Source: Octopus sinensis (taxonomy: Eukaryota). Taken from it: 64,000 nucleotides of DNA. A model generated the notes under the pieces. The model was not told the DNA's origin. It worked only from the letters and a program-made list of their open reading frames with translations, and made no database searches. Of the stretch, positions 1-13,847 are shown in pieces. The position numbers and the translations under genes were made by a program. The stretch lies in the NCBI RefSeq assembly GCF_006345805.1, contig NC_043000.1:39494001-39558000 (forward strand), written 5' to 3'. Within the stretch, counting starts at the first letter, position 1; each line of letters starts with the position of its first letter.

Positions 1-188
1 ATATATATATATATAATTTTATTTAATTTATATTAAAATTGTTTTATGTATTGGATTAAGTCTTTCTTTGTTTGATTTGCAAAATAGTGGTTTTGTCTCT
101 AATTAATATTATATAATATTTTACTATAAAATTGGATTCAATCCTAAATCTGATTTTCCCTGTAAATTTGGATTTATTCCCTAATATT

Positions 189-240
<52 letters not shown>

Positions 241-269
241 ATTATATGTATATATATATATGCCATTTA

Positions 270-1340
270 GGAGTTTGTTTATTCCGGTAACATAAAATTC
301 TGAAGTACTGAATTTGATGAACTCTTTGAACGAACTTTCAGCATCGGTTTGATTTTTAAACTCCGTCTCTCGCAGAAAACCACCAAGGTGCTTGAAAATG
401 TGCTAGTTTGTAGGAGAAAGGCCAGGGGAATAAGCCGGGTGAGGAAGAACTTCATAGACAAATTCCCTCAACTTCTGGAGAGTTATTACTGAAACGTGTG
501 GTCGAACATTGTCATGAAGCATGATTAGCCCTCTTGTGTTGACCAGTCTGGGACGGAGGAGTAGTAGATTTTTGTTCATTCTACCAATGTCAATGTTTTT
601 GCAGCAATGTTTTTTCCAGTTTTAAATAAGTTATAGTGGTTGAGTCCAGTAGTACACCAACAAAAAATCACCATAACCTTCTTTTTAAAGAACTTAGGTT
701 TAGGGAAGTTTTTCGATGCTTCATTTTGGTGCGAAGTTCGTTCTTTTTATTATTAGTGTACACAATCCACTTTTCATCGCAGGATACAATACGGTCGAGA
801 AATGCATCGGTCTAGTTACGGAGAAGAAGCGATGAACAAATTTTCTGATTTCAATTGAAATCGTAGGGTACCCATTTGTCGAAATGTTTTGAATTTCCGA
901 TCGCTGGCAGTTTGCTGGCAAACTTGAAATTTATTTACCAGTTCTCGAATGATTTTATGTGGATCTTCCTCAATGACGGGTTTTAATTAAACGTCATCGA
1001 TGATACATGGGCGTCCACTACACTCATGTTCTATAGGTCTCAGGGCTTCACTGCGAAATCGTTAAAACCAATTTCGAGATGACCACTCACTGATCATTTC
1101 TTCACCAAACATTTCGTTGATATCGCGAGCAGTTTCAGCTGATATACATCCATTTTTGAATTTGAATAGTAAAATTGTTCGAATATCGCGCTTTGACATT
1201 TCCATTTCAGATGATTGCAACAGCGGTGAAAAAATATTGATATTAATCTATCGATGCATCTGGGAAAGCCTAAGTCTGTATCATCAGACAATTGCCAAAA
1301 CTTGTTTTAATAAATCAAAAAACCTACAAAATAATGCTTA
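270..1340 (-). mobile_element. Degenerate mariner-type DNA transposon
   Basis: Minus-strand frames give mariner-like transposase pieces (LLHDNVRPHV; LPHPAYSPGLSPT, a YSPDL-like motif) with stops and frameshifts; flanked by TA tracts. Confidence 0.7.
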
Positions 1341-1372
1341 CTTTATAATGCATATATATATATATATCTGTA

Positions 1373-2951
1373 CAGTGGCCAGAATGAGTTTAAGACCGAT
1401 GAAGACAGATCTATTCCTTAATTTATTTTCAACAAAACTGTATAAAATTATTTTACTTTTTACAGCTTATGTAGGATTTCTTTCTCTTTCCAATGATATA
1501 GACGTTATAAATCTTTCTACAATGAACTAATTTTAATACGCAATTAATTCAAATGATTAAAAATTGTTAGCAAAATAAATTTATGACCGTATCAACATTA
1601 TTTTGTGTAAATTGAAAATTTACAGCACAAATGATCAATGAACAACAACTTAGTAGTATCTAGTTCCACAGCCATTATTTTCAATTACTGCCTCACAACG
1701 GCGGGCCATGGAGTTCGACAAGTGAGTATAAAAATCACTCGGAATGTTCTGCTATATTTCTTCAAGAAAATTATATAATTGGGACAAATTTGTTGGTGTT
1801 TTTCGCAAAAACTCTAAGAAACATTAGTTCTATAAACTTTCTATCGGATTCAAATCTAGGCTCTGCGCAGGCCACTCAATAACTTCCATATTATTGCTGT
1901 CGAAATATTGCAAAATGTTCTTAACGGGGCAATTTTCCTGCTGGAAATTCGATCCAGGTGGCATCTTATTATTTGAATATTGCAGCAACTTTCCATTTAC
2001 TAACTGCAGATAGGTTACACTGTTCAGTCTGACATCAATTTTATCAAATAGAACAATACCTAGCTGCTGAACGCGGCCAACACCATTACCACCCATCTCT
2101 TGCTTGCGCCGTTTTCTTGACACAGAATGGAATTCTTCAGTTAGACGGTGACTAACCTAAATCTTTTCGCGTGGTCAAATGATGCGGGATTCGCTGCTCG
2201 AAAGAGCTTTTGACTAGTCTCCGGTCATCCATTCAATATGGATTTTAGCAAACCTGTTCTGCTTCCGCCGTTTCGTCTCTGAAATTATCGAAAAGTCCAA
2301 ATTCTTTTAGGTGGTTTCTGACAGTTTGTGGTGTGAAGCTTATGTCAGTTTCATCAGATAACCGCTTGCAGATGCCCATTGCTGTTAGTATTCTGTTACC
2401 TTAAGAGAGCCTCTGGATTTGCCGATCCATCTGTACGGTTGCTTTTCTCGGAACGCCCATTCTTTGCCGATCTTTGTATTGGACGGTGGCTTGGTCACGC
2501 TTCCATACTTGAACACAAGCCGTTTTGCTGCACCCAATGGCTTGCTACTTTTTGTGAAGGACACGTTTTGTTGATGAAGCAACGCGATTTTGATCTGGTA
2601 ACTGGTCTGATACTATGACACTTTCCCAAAGCGAAGTAAACTGTAACGATGCTCGATTCTTAAACAAAACAGTAAAATACGACCGGCCATATGACCAACC
2701 ATTCAGTTTGTTAATTTGCATAATCTTGGTACGGTCTTAAACTTTTTATGCCGACCATTTCTAATCATTTGAATCAATTGCTCATTAAAATTATTCGAAT
2801 TGTACAAAGATATATAACGCCTGAATTATTCGAAAGAGAAAACTATTCGACTTAAACTGTAAAATGTAAAATAATTTTATACAGTTTTGCTAAAAATCAA
2901 TTAATGAAGGAATAGAACTGTTATCATCGGCCTTAAACTTGTATTGGCCAG
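1373..2951 (-). mobile_element. Degenerate Tc1-family DNA transposon with long TIRs
   Basis: Left end TA|CAGTGGCC...AAAACTGTATAAAATTATTTTAC is mirrored at about 2860-2951. ORF 1830-2123 ends in IEWPAQSLDLNPIE; an N-terminal HTH remnant lies at 2385-2582. Confidence 0.85.
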
Positions 2952-3496
2952 TATATATATACACGCACTCATTGTTAGTTTCTATAAATCAAACAATCGT
3001 TCACTTTTTAATAGAAATGACCTAATAAGTTTACCGTTCATTCCGTGAAGTATCTACGTACTATTACGCATTTCTAGAAATAACAGTTAAAACCTCTCCT
3101 CGCCACAATAAGGCACATATCTTAAGACTGACAAGGAAGGCAAGGTTCCTCTAGCATCCGGGGTTTAGACAAATCACCAGTGTTTTCTCATTTCATTAAT
3201 GTTCATCAATGGTTCTTACTCGGCTGCCTAGTGTTAAGATGGCTCAGTTTGACAGTATATAAGAATTAGAGGAGAAATCGCTAACTGATTTCATAAATGC
3301 AAAAGGTGAAAATTATAAATAATAAATGTGGCTTATTCACAATTTACAACCTAGAGAGAACTATAGATGCCACTCAAGTGATTAAGGCTACTAGTTAGCA
3401 CTACTATTGCTAGAAATAGCAGTCAAAACAACACTTATTCACGGTAAAGTACATATCTATCTATCTCTAACTCTCTCTCTCTTTCAGTGAGTACAG

Positions 3497-3542
<46 letters not shown>

Positions 3543-3571
3543 GACGAGAGATTTAGAAATTCAATATTTCT

Positions 3572-3628
<57 letters not shown>

Positions 3629-3664
3629 GGGGAATATTGTATTGCATCAATATGTTTCTGTGTC

Positions 3665-4640
3665 AGACAAAATGCTTAACGGCATTTCATTCATCTACAC
3701 TCTGGTTTCAAATGCTACAAGGTCGACATTGCTTTTCATCGTTTCGGGGTCAATAAAATAAATATTATTAAGAAAACACTTAAGTGAATATAATTGACTT
3801 GGCCCCTCCCCTGTACTTTCTGGACTTGTGCCAAAATATGAAACCAATTTACACTTAAACCACTTGTCCGTAGAGAAAGAAAGAAAGAATGAGATATCAA
3901 TCATATAAAAGAAAATAAGAAAATTAAAATACCTGTTCCATCTTGGGGACGTTCCATTTCTTTTATCAACTTTTTGGACAGAAACCAAACAAATATGATA
4001 ATTCCATTGCATATAACATAAGACACAACCAGAAGAACAACAGGATTCATTTGACTTTCGTTCAGGCAAAGCACCAAGGATGTAATTGCGAATACCTCAG
4101 TGCGTAGAGCAAGAAATACACTCTTGGGATTGAAGGAGAAATACTTTCTTAGGAGAGAAACGTCTGGAAAAGATCATGAAAGAGTATTATAAGATTTTAG
4201 ATATTATGATGGAGAATTATCAGATGAGAAGACAATGCGTTGTTAGAATCGGTAAGAGACCGGATAAAATGCTCAGTGACATTTCATCCGTCTTTATGTT
4301 CTTTGTTTAAATTCTAGAGTGATAAAATAAATAACACTTGTGTACTGGGGTCGACGTAAACGATTTGCCCCTGCCCCATTTCTGCTGGCCTTCAAAAATA
4401 ATTTTAAAATCTATATTTAGCTTTAGTAAGGCGGTAAGTTGGTAGAATCGGAAGCACACCGGACAAAATAATTACTAGCATTTGGTCCATCATTAATTTC
4501 TGAGTTCCAGTTCCACCGAGATCGACTTCGCCTTTTAGAATTTCGGGGTCATTAATATAAGTACAAGCTAAGCAATGGGGTTGATGTAATCGACTCAGCT
4601 CCTCTCCGGAAATTGCTGACCTTGTGTGTAAATATGAAAC
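3665..4640 (+). repeat. Three degenerate copies of one SINE family (about 3665-3845, 4245-4400, 4428-4640)
   Basis: Shared consensus AAATGCTTAGCGG...AATTCCGCCGAGGTCGACTTTGCCTTTCATCCTTTCGGGGTCGA; further copies at about 9845-10040, 15420-15793(-), 44000-44220 and 57710-58380(-). Confidence 0.75.
3933..4163 (-). CDS. Host exon (231 bp, phase 1-1) with two hydrophobic segments
   Basis: ttttccAG|AC GTT...ACA G|GTATTT; open frame DVSLLRKYFSFNPKSVFLALRTEVFAITSLVLCLNESQMNPVVLLVVSYVICNGIIIFVWFLSKKLIKEMERPQDGT. Confidence 0.7.
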
Positions 4641-4741
4641 TAATTAACACTTAAACCAACGGTAGATACCCAAAGCAAGTACTAATCGGGTACGAAGCAC
4701 CTAAAACAAATATTTTAAATAAATGTCTAAAATCAAAATAC

Positions 4742-4864
4742 CTCTTTTATATTTGCGAGTTTTCATTATAATCCAGGGCAGAAAACATCCAAGAATGAAC
4801 AGAAGTGGAAATAAAACCACGAAGACTATGATCACAGTATAACTTATTGGCGTAGGATTTTTAC
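4742..4864 (-). CDS. Host exon (123 bp, phase 1-1), transmembrane helix plus basic stop-transfer
   Basis: tttttcAG|GT...AGA G|GTATTT; KNPTPISYTVIIVFVVLFPLLFILGCFLPWIIMKTRKYKR. Confidence 0.75.
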
Positions 4865-5057
4865 CTGAAAAAAAATCACGAAAGAATATTTCAATATGCT
4901 AAGCCTTATAATACAATACCGTACAAAAATCTTCGGTCACTTAAAACTATTGTAAACTTGTAAACTTCTACTAATTGTCAAATTATAAGTGGACATTTTG
5001 CATTGCATTTTTTACAGAATAAATGTTGGCCCTGTTGGAGTTAATTCCATATCTAAC

Positions 5058-5183
5058 CATTATATTTTGTAGTAGCGGTTCTGAATTAGAAGGGAAGATG
5101 CGAAACGATCACCAAAAATGGCCCTGCAAAAGTTTTCGGCCACCTCACATAGACCCAATAAGTGATTTAAAACAGAAACATGT
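5058..5183 (-). pseudogene. Candidate exon (126 bp, phase 1-1) with two in-frame stops
   Basis: cattatAG|AC...AAT G|GTTAG; DMFLF*ITYWVYVRWPKTFAGPFLVIVSHLPF*FRTATTKYN. Confidence 0.4.
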
Positions 5184-5305
5184 CTATAATGAAAAATTGT
5201 TACATTTCAAGATGTTACAGTAAATTTTTAATATTCCGTGTGGCTTCCCTTAGCTTGAATAATTACTTCCATGTGCCTGGTTAGAAATGCATACAAAACC
5301 TTTAC

Positions 5306-5469
5306 CATCGTCAATGGTCTGAGATGCCATTCTCTGCGGCTGAGCTCCCACAACTCTTCAGAACTGCACGGATTCTTCTAATAAATTATTCGTCCTAATA
5401 ATGCATAAATCGCTGCATACAATTAATGCGATGGAAACAAGTGTTGGACTATTAATATATATAAAGCAA
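5306..5469 (-). pseudogene. Candidate hydrophobic exon (164 bp, frameshifted)
   Basis: tttacAG|TT GCT...GAT G|GTAAAG; ALYILI-/PTLVSIALIV reads as a TM segment only if an indel is allowed. Confidence 0.35.
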
Positions 5470-5529
5470 CTGTAAATATATATAACATTTGGATATTCAA
5501 ATTCTCTCCATTCTCCTTAATATAAATTA

Positions 5530-5907
<378 letters not shown>

Positions 5908-7518
5908 TAAAGAGAACCTTTCCTTCGCTGTAGAGTTGTTAATAACGTTGAAGTGGATTGCTTTGAAAGTGCCCCGTGCAGGTGACACATAAAGGGCAAA
6001 CTTATGGGGCCAGGTAAAACACCTGTTTTGATACATTGTAGAATGCACTCAGTACATTTTGTTAAGTGGTTGGCGTTAGGAAGGGTGTAGGAACCAAGCA
6101 AAGTCAGATTTTGACTGGGTGCAGTTCTGGTTTCCAGCTCTGATCAAATTGTCCAAACCATGTCAGCTAGAGAGACAGTCCGTCAATTCAGATGTATGTG
6201 ATTAGACACACGCACACACACACATATGTAGCCATCTAAAAAGCAGTAATGTATGTGCCACGCAGAGAGCACTCGGGTATAAAGTACTCCTGTCAGCGTT
6301 GCCTTGAAATCCCTCATTCCAGTGCCATGTAGAGAGTACTATTACCACATGTACAACAACTGTACCGGCTTCAGAGATTCTCTCTCAAACTCTATTTGTA
6401 TAAACATATTACAATAAGAAGTTCGCACCATCTGCAGGAAATTAGGGACAAAATATTTAATTAAAAAGTAATGCAAGAAGGAGATAAAAATGATTTATTT
6501 CGATAATAATAGAAAAATTCAACTGCAAATTCATTGAGTGTTCTATTGGCCTCCATCTATTGTTATACCATTATAGTGCTTGCTGACTTCCATGCCATGC
6601 TGCCTCAACGAAATCATAAAGCATGGCTTAGACGCTTCAGGTTTCACTTCCCAGTTCGATCTAGCGGGCCTAGACCAAGGGGACGGTAAATAGCTTGACG
6701 GTATAACAGTTTTCCAGTTTGCAGTCGGTAGAGCCTTTATATGGGAGGACAAATGCTGTGTCACCTTATACTTCGGCGGCTTGGTGTGGTTAGCTACCAG
6801 CCCACATAAAAGAAACCCTTGCTGGTGACACGTAAAGAGCACCCATATCGGTGACCCATAAAAGGCATCTGTACCGCTGACGCTTAAGGGAAACTCTGTA
6901 CCCTCTTTGGATTGGTTAGCGTTACGAAGGGCATTCAGTCATAGAAACCAAACCAAAACAAACGACTGGGGCCAGCAGCAGTTCTCCTCCTTACTAGTTC
7001 CAGGTAAACTGTTTAAAGCATGCTAGTATGGAAGACGGACATTAAAGGATGATGATGATGATGATGATGATGAAGAGGAGGAGGAAGCGGAGGAGAAGGC
7101 GGGAGGGAGAGTAAATTGAAAACAACTTTCAAATGAATTCTATTAGAATTCTTCACTTACATTGGTTTTCCATAATTGTGATAACATTGCATGTCACATT
7201 TCAGAATAATTCGATAAAAGTAATGTCATGATGTTTCTGAAAGTTCTTTCGTCAGAAGAGTTGCTCTTACGGACATTGGTAAATTCCAAAAGTTTCTGAG
7301 AAAGGAAAATATGACGAATTATACAGGCGCAAGAGTATCTGTGCGGTAAGAAGCTGCGTAACCACATGCTTCCAGGTTCAGTTCCACTGAGTGGTAACTT
7401 GGGCAAGCGTTCTCTACTATACTCTTATGCTGACCAATGACTTGTGAGTGATTTAATAGATGGAAACTAAAAGAAGCCCAGCGGTGTGTGTATATGTTTA
7501 TAAGGTACTTGTCAACTG

Positions 7519-8126
7519 TAGAAATGTTGCTTTTCTAATTGAAACCATTTTTCTCCAATCTCCATTTGAAAGTCCATCATGTCTCTTGAGCCATATCAAA
7601 ATGAACAACTTTGAATTACGCGGCGGCGGTGGTGGTGGTGGTGGTGTGTGAGGTTCTAATTTTTTTTCTGATTTCTCTTTGCCCCCTCTTTATCTCAGTT
7701 GTTCATTCCGCTAATATTTAGAAAAATTTTCGCGCCCAATTTTTGTTGTGGCTGGAAAAGGTGAACGATTTAAAATAAATATATCTTAATTGTAGTGTGA
7801 GAAAGTATATATTCTGATGACAAAATATTTATCTTTCAAAACATCCCAAATTTATAGACTATATCGTGTAGGTTAAGAAATGGTTCATTATATATATATA
7901 TATATACATATATAGCAGAGAATGAGACATCTTTCATTCTCCCCCCCACCACACCTCCTTCTAGGAGGGCAAAGAGAGATCAGAAAAAAAAATAGAACCT
8001 CACACCACCACCACCACCGCCGCCGCGTAATTCAAAGTTGTTCATTTTGATATGGCTCAAGAGACATGATGGACTTTCAAATGGAGATTGAGAAAAATGG
8101 TTTCAATTAGAAAAGCAACATTTCTA
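7519..8126. repeat. Inverted repeat pair (arms about 7519-7686 and 7964-8126)
   Basis: TAGAAATGTTGC...CGCGGCGGCGGTGGTGG...GAGGTTCTA is reverse-complemented about 280 bp downstream. Confidence 0.9.
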
Positions 8127-8364
8127 GAAAATAGTAAATTGAAGTGTGAACACAGCACCTTACAGAGTATAAGTATATGACATTTATTTTTAAAATTTAA
8201 CTTCATTTATTTTATATTCTAAATAATTTGCAATTTCAAAAAATATATTAATTTTGCGTTTTTTAATTTGATAAATTCTACGGAATAATTTTGCGCGTTT
8301 TTGATAAATTCTACGGAAAGAATTTAGTGCGAAACAATGTATACATTTATACACAAAGACCTGT

Positions 8365-8771
8365 TGAGGCAAGCGAAGTTGATATCGAACCTCATCCGAC
8401 GACAGGCACCCATGCCAACCCCCTTTGCTTGCGAAGACATGTTGGGGCAAGTGTGGCACCCGGCAGATGCCAGGACCCTAGACTGGTGGTACGTAAAAAG
8501 CACTATCCGAATCGTGGCCGATACCAGAGCCGCCTCGACTGGCACCAATCTGACCGTGGCCGTTGCCAGCCTCGCCTGGCACCTGTGCGGGTGGCATGTA
8601 AAAAGCACCCACTACACTCTCGGAGTGGTTGGCGTTAGGAAGGGCATCCAGCTGTAGAAACATTGCCAGATAACTGGAGTCTGGTGCAGCCTTCTGGCTT
8701 CCCAGATCCCCGGTCGAACCGTCCAACCCATGCTGGCATGAAGAACGGACGTTAAACGATGATGATGATGA
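8365..8771 (+). repeat. SINE-like repeat ending in CGGACGTTAAACGATGATGATG
   Basis: Same family at about 6000-6190, 6820-7070 and 22726-23135(-); the last has internal ~46-bp tandem repeats. Confidence 0.8.
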
Positions 8772-10469
8772 GAAGAAATTAATTCATTAAGTTTACCAAA
8801 TTATATACGTCTGTAAAAAAAAAAAAGTTTCACAAATTATATACGTTCGCGTTTGTGTAAAAAAAATATTTACTTTGTTCAAAAAATATTATTAATATTA
8901 ATTAATTTTCAAGAATTATTTAATTTATATAATTAATTCATTAATTTTATTCTGTAAAATAGTAATTAATTCATTTATCTGTAAATCCGCGAGGAAGCGA
9001 CTATGTAATTTTTTTGTGTAAAATTGAAAATGTTATATATACACACACACACAACACACACACACACATATTATTTTTAGTGAAATCCAACACCTTTTGT
9101 CTTAAAAAGCAGAAAGGTATCTAAAAAGATCCTGGGGGGGGGGTTAACGCGCATGCGCGAATAGCGCATGCGCGAATCGCGCACTGCGCATGCGCAAGTC
9201 ACTTCGTAGGATCTCAAGTATCGAGTACCTACGTCTGGCGCGCGCGCGCGCGAATTCGCGTGTGCGAAACCGGGACCACTACAGTTGACAAGTATCTGTT
9301 TATAATATTAAATAAATACAGCTGAAGCATGATAAGTATTATTAACTGCGTGTACTTAAGGTAAATGCTTCGTGCATTTTCCAGGAGCTGCAATAGCGTG
9401 GCGGAGTCTAGCATTCACACACGGTAGTGTGTGAATAATATTTTTAAAGTGATCATACTCATTCGTGATCAGTTCTAGGCTTTGTCACTAACTCAGTTTT
9501 CAGCTATGATGTTTAAACGATGTTTACATTTTTAGATTGGTCACATCCTAAGCTATATTTTCTCCTGCGAAGTTGAAAATTGGTTCATTGGAAAATAAGT
9601 TTGAGTGAATATGTCCGGTCAAAACGGATGAGTAACGCTTGACATCGACCATGAGTACAAATATATTTTATGATTTTGTGTAAAGCTTTTGGTTTTGATT
9701 GACGCATATGATAGAACTCATGAAGACGAGTGTCGTAATGCTAATCTTTTCAAAAAAATATTCAAAATTAATAAGTTATTATATAAGCTAAATGTGCCAA
9801 AATTACATAAAACAATTTTCAAATATTATTTTTACTTATTACTACGGCAGAGTCGTTAACACACAGGCTGAAAGCTTCGCGGCATTTCGCCTGTCTCTGA
9901 GTTCAAATTCCTCCGATATCACCTTTGCTTTTTTTTATCTCATTTTGGGACTCGATAAGATGATTATCAGCTGAGCACTGAGGCCTATATAATCAACTTT
10001 CCTTTCTTCTGGATCTGATGGCCTTCTGCTGGAAACTAATATTGCAAAGTGTTTGTTTCAATTCAGTATTTAGGTATCTTGCAATGGTCTACCTCATATT
10101 CATAGAATACACTGTATTCTAATATATATATATATGTGTGTGTCTTATCACCGAAAAGGTAATTATTTTTCCACGCTTCCTGATATTGTTTTTGTGTCTC
10201 TCTTTTTGTCTCAAAGCCGTAGGGCGCCTGTGTCATCCATGTTTTTAACCGTTACTGTCTCCAAAAAGATTTTTCGTTTCATGTTCGTCTCTGTTGCGTT
10301 GCATTCTTTCCTTCTGTGGCTGGCTGATTCAGAGGGGATCTCAGAATTAAACAGCCGAAATCTGCGATGAGGGATCAGTTTCTGACTGAAGAATGAAGGC
10401 TTTGAATGACCCGTTTGTCTTTTTGTTCGTCCCTTCGTGTATTTCATGTTATTTATTTATGTAAAGGTT

Positions 10470-10505
<36 letters not shown>

Positions 10506-10853
10506 TAATACATACCATTCATACACAGTAGTATGTGAATAATATACTTAGGATCAACATTTAATCACTCGCGACCTCTTCTAGGCTTTGTCACTAATTC
10601 AGCTTTTTACCAAACTTGATTTTGTTTATACATTTTCAGATTGGTCTCCCCCTAAGCTATATTTTCTATATTTTGGGCTACAAAATTTGAAATTTGGTTC
10701 TGTAGAGAAACATAGTTGAGATTTCAAATAGGTGATGTCAAAAAGGGGAGAATAACACCTGAAGTCGACTTTAGGGATAAACACTTGACGCTGCATACAT
10801 ACATTCGTTCACATATACACACACACACGCACATGCGCGCGCGCACACACACA

Positions 10854-10885
<32 letters not shown>

Positions 10886-10981
10886 CACAAACACGCACAA
10901 ACACACATACAAAATGCACACGCACACACACATTCACATACATATGAAGGGAAGCAAAGGTGACTGTAACGAACACCTTAC

Positions 10982-11051
10982 GCAAATTTAAATTTCTCAA
11001 TCTTCCAAAATATTTCTGAAGTAAGTGAATCAAATTCAGTGCAAAGAATTC
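10982..11051 (-). CDS. Candidate short host exon (phase 0-1)
   Basis: Donor C|GTAAGG at 10982; two in-frame acceptors (11051 or 11015); EFFALNLIHLLQKYFGRLRNLNL. Its phases fit the neighbouring exons. Confidence 0.35.
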
Positions 11052-11166
11052 CTACAATATACTAAATTTGAAAATACTCACTTAATTTTCAAAATTCAAA
11101 AATTGTGAACAAGACAGAAATTATGTGCCATATAGAAATAAATAAAACGATATTCCATTGACTTAC

Positions 11167-11264
11167 ATTTCTATCGAAACACTCGATTGATGTCAGAGGA
11201 CTGGAATCCCTCGCCGTCATCTCGTATTCGCAGTTTCTGTTTGTGATCTCAATTTTTGGTTTCA
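11167..11264 (-). CDS. Host exon (98 bp, phase 1-0), paralogous to exon 28085-28182
   Basis: tttacAG|TG AAA CCA...AAT|GTAAGT; KPKIEITNRNCEYEMTARDSSPLTSIECFDRN. Confidence 0.75.
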
Positions 11265-11553
11265 CTGTAAAATATGTTACAAACATGTTTATGAACTGTA
11301 AAGAGAGTTGATACCGTTTACAAGTAATGTCGTCTTTACATTCGGTGTATTGTACTTTTTTTACTGTTATTTATGGTTTTTTAATTGATTCAGTCATTAA
11401 ACTGCGGCCATACTGGAGCATTTGAGAAAGTCTAGCTGAATGAATAAAATACAATCCTATGTACATATACATGTATGTATGTATGTACGTATGTATGTAT
11501 ATGCGTGTATACATGTATACGTATATACTTATATATATATATATATATATATA

Positions 11554-11585
<32 letters not shown>

Positions 11586-11999
11586 CATTATTTAAAAGAG
11601 GATTGACGTAACTCTTCACAAAGGTAAACAGTCAAGACGAAGAGCGCGATTCGATAGTAAGATATTTTATTAGTTGAACGATATTTCAACAGTACGTCTG
11701 TCTCTGTGAAGTTTAAAATAAGAAGTGATAAAAATTCAAAATTACAGAAATTTAAACGTAAAGTATGAACGAGAGCAACCTGCGTCCACACGTTAATGGG
11801 ATGACATCATCAGTTTTTAAGCTACAACTTTATAACAGGCGAAAAGAAAAAGACAGAAAAAAAACAGAAAAAAGAAGGACAGGAATAAAGGAAAGAAAAA
11901 GGGAGATAACTGCGTGGAAAACAACAACAGGGACAACAACACCACCTCCATCAACAACAACAACAACAACAACTTCAGCATTAGCAGCCATAAGAACAC

Positions 12000-13460
12000 A
12001 ATGAACCTGAGCGAAGCTAAATCCTTTTGTAAAACCATTAGCAATTGGACTACAAGATTGACATTATAAAATCCGGTATCATGTCTTAATGAAGAGGAGA
12101 ACAAAATCTCCCGAAATACGAACAATTGTTTGTAAATGTGCTTCTCCCAAGGAGAGGAAACTTAAATTTCTTAATCTGGCAGAGACTGAAAAATGCTACG
12201 GATACAGAAAGGAAAACAATATGGGATGGTCGCTGCTATATGCAGCAGTGAGCAAAAAACCAGAATAATGGCCACTATAAATTGCTCATCTCAGACTTTT
12301 GTAATGATTCCCCATTAAATGGGTAAAATGTTTTGATCATTCTGGAGGAGCATGGGGAGGTTCTGGAGGTGACGTCCACCCCATAACTCATCAGGACTGG
12401 AATTCTTATGGAATTACAGATACTATTTTTTCCAGTGGAAATAAAACGCATTCCCGATTTTTTCTGCTTCGGGGAATGCGACAGATGCTATTTTATATAG
12501 GAGGTAAAAAACATAAGTGTTTTGTGTATGTAAATTTGAACCACCTTAAAGCCTTTTGCCCCGCGATGCAGAAAGCACGAAGCTCTCCACCGTTAATTTC
12601 AACTTCTCAAGTTGGGGCCAAAAGTATTACCTCGCATGACTCAGGCCTCGCAAAGGCAAAGTCCTTATTCACATCTAACCAAAACACCTTTCTCGGAGAT
12701 AAGAGACAAACGGAATAAGAAACAAATATGAAACAGAACATCCTAAATAGAAGGCCCTAAGGTAAAAAATCAAAATCCGTCACAACAAAAATTAAAGACA
12801 AATCAACATCAACACCTTAATCACAAGACAACTGATTTTTACAAACAAATACATAAGCCACAAAAAGTCAAGAAAACAATTTGGAACACACGAAAAACAA
12901 AATGTCAAACACACACACACTCTTGGGTACATACTTTCTTCATCAATTTCACTGTTGTTCGGAAGAGCTACATAGAATCGATTTAAGAAGTAATTAATAA
13001 CCAAAACATTACAAGTGGAGAAGATTTTGCGGGACTCCTCTCGAAATCTCCATCGGGTAGTATGTTAATCCAAACAGATACGGATACGTAACTTGATTTT
13101 AAACAGAAATCCCCCCAGCACATTGGAAGGTTTAGCAAGTTTCCCCGCAAAAACTTCCTAGAAAAACACTTCCCCACTCCCCATTCGAACAAAAAGAAGA
13201 CTGCCAGCAGGCATCTCTCGGCACAAAGGTACGTAGTTCCATTTTATTTTCTATAAATTAAATGGCTATACTTAGAGTTGGCTGTGTAAATGTACAGCGC
13301 TTCGCTTCGGGTTGGAAGCAGGGCCACCAGCTCAATGATCTCTGGTCCCTTAACTTAGATACGACTGCAATTAATGATACAATAATTTTCGAGGACTACA
13401 AGGTATTCTTGACTTCTGGTCACTCAACAGATTCAATTGCCGGAAAAGAAAATAAACATC
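12000..13460 (+). mobile_element. Decayed LINE 5' region (ORF1 remnant + start of APE endonuclease, L1/Tx1-like)
   Basis: ORF at 13262, MAILRVGCVNVQ...LNDLWSLNLD, resembles an APE N-terminus; the upstream sequence is degraded coding-like DNA. Confidence 0.45.
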
Positions 13461-13469
13461 CTAACATCG

Positions 13470-13795
13470 GGCTACAACACGTTCCCTTAGATGCCAAGAA
13501 CCCTCCTTAGTATCATAGTTGTTATTGATAAAACTGTTTTTGGCAGCTGTACTAAACTGGGTTTTATATCTATTTCCGCTATCTATCTGTTCAAATCTTT
13601 AGGGATAGTTCCTAATACACCTATAACTACTAGGATACATTTTAACCGCTCTTCCCATAGTCTCTGTAATTCAATGGCTCGGGCCTGGTACTTTTCTATT
13701 TTTTCTATACTTCTCATATTAATTTTTTCATCATTTGGGATTGTAGGGTCAATTCCCTGTAGGGTCAATTCTCTGGCACTTTCTACTCACTTTAT

Positions 13796-13847
<52 letters not shown>

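Noticed and set aside
3200-3352. Candidate terminal exon of the host gene (AG|GT TGT AAA TTG TGA at about 3350, or GSRVRTIDEH* at about 3227)
   Set aside because: Two equally weak options; cannot choose without transcript data.
7225-7262. CTGACGA...GAAA on the minus strand
   Set aside because: No UH cleavage site and no stem I; likely chance. CTGATGA hits at about 11810 and 12390 were rejected because no suitable GAAA follows.
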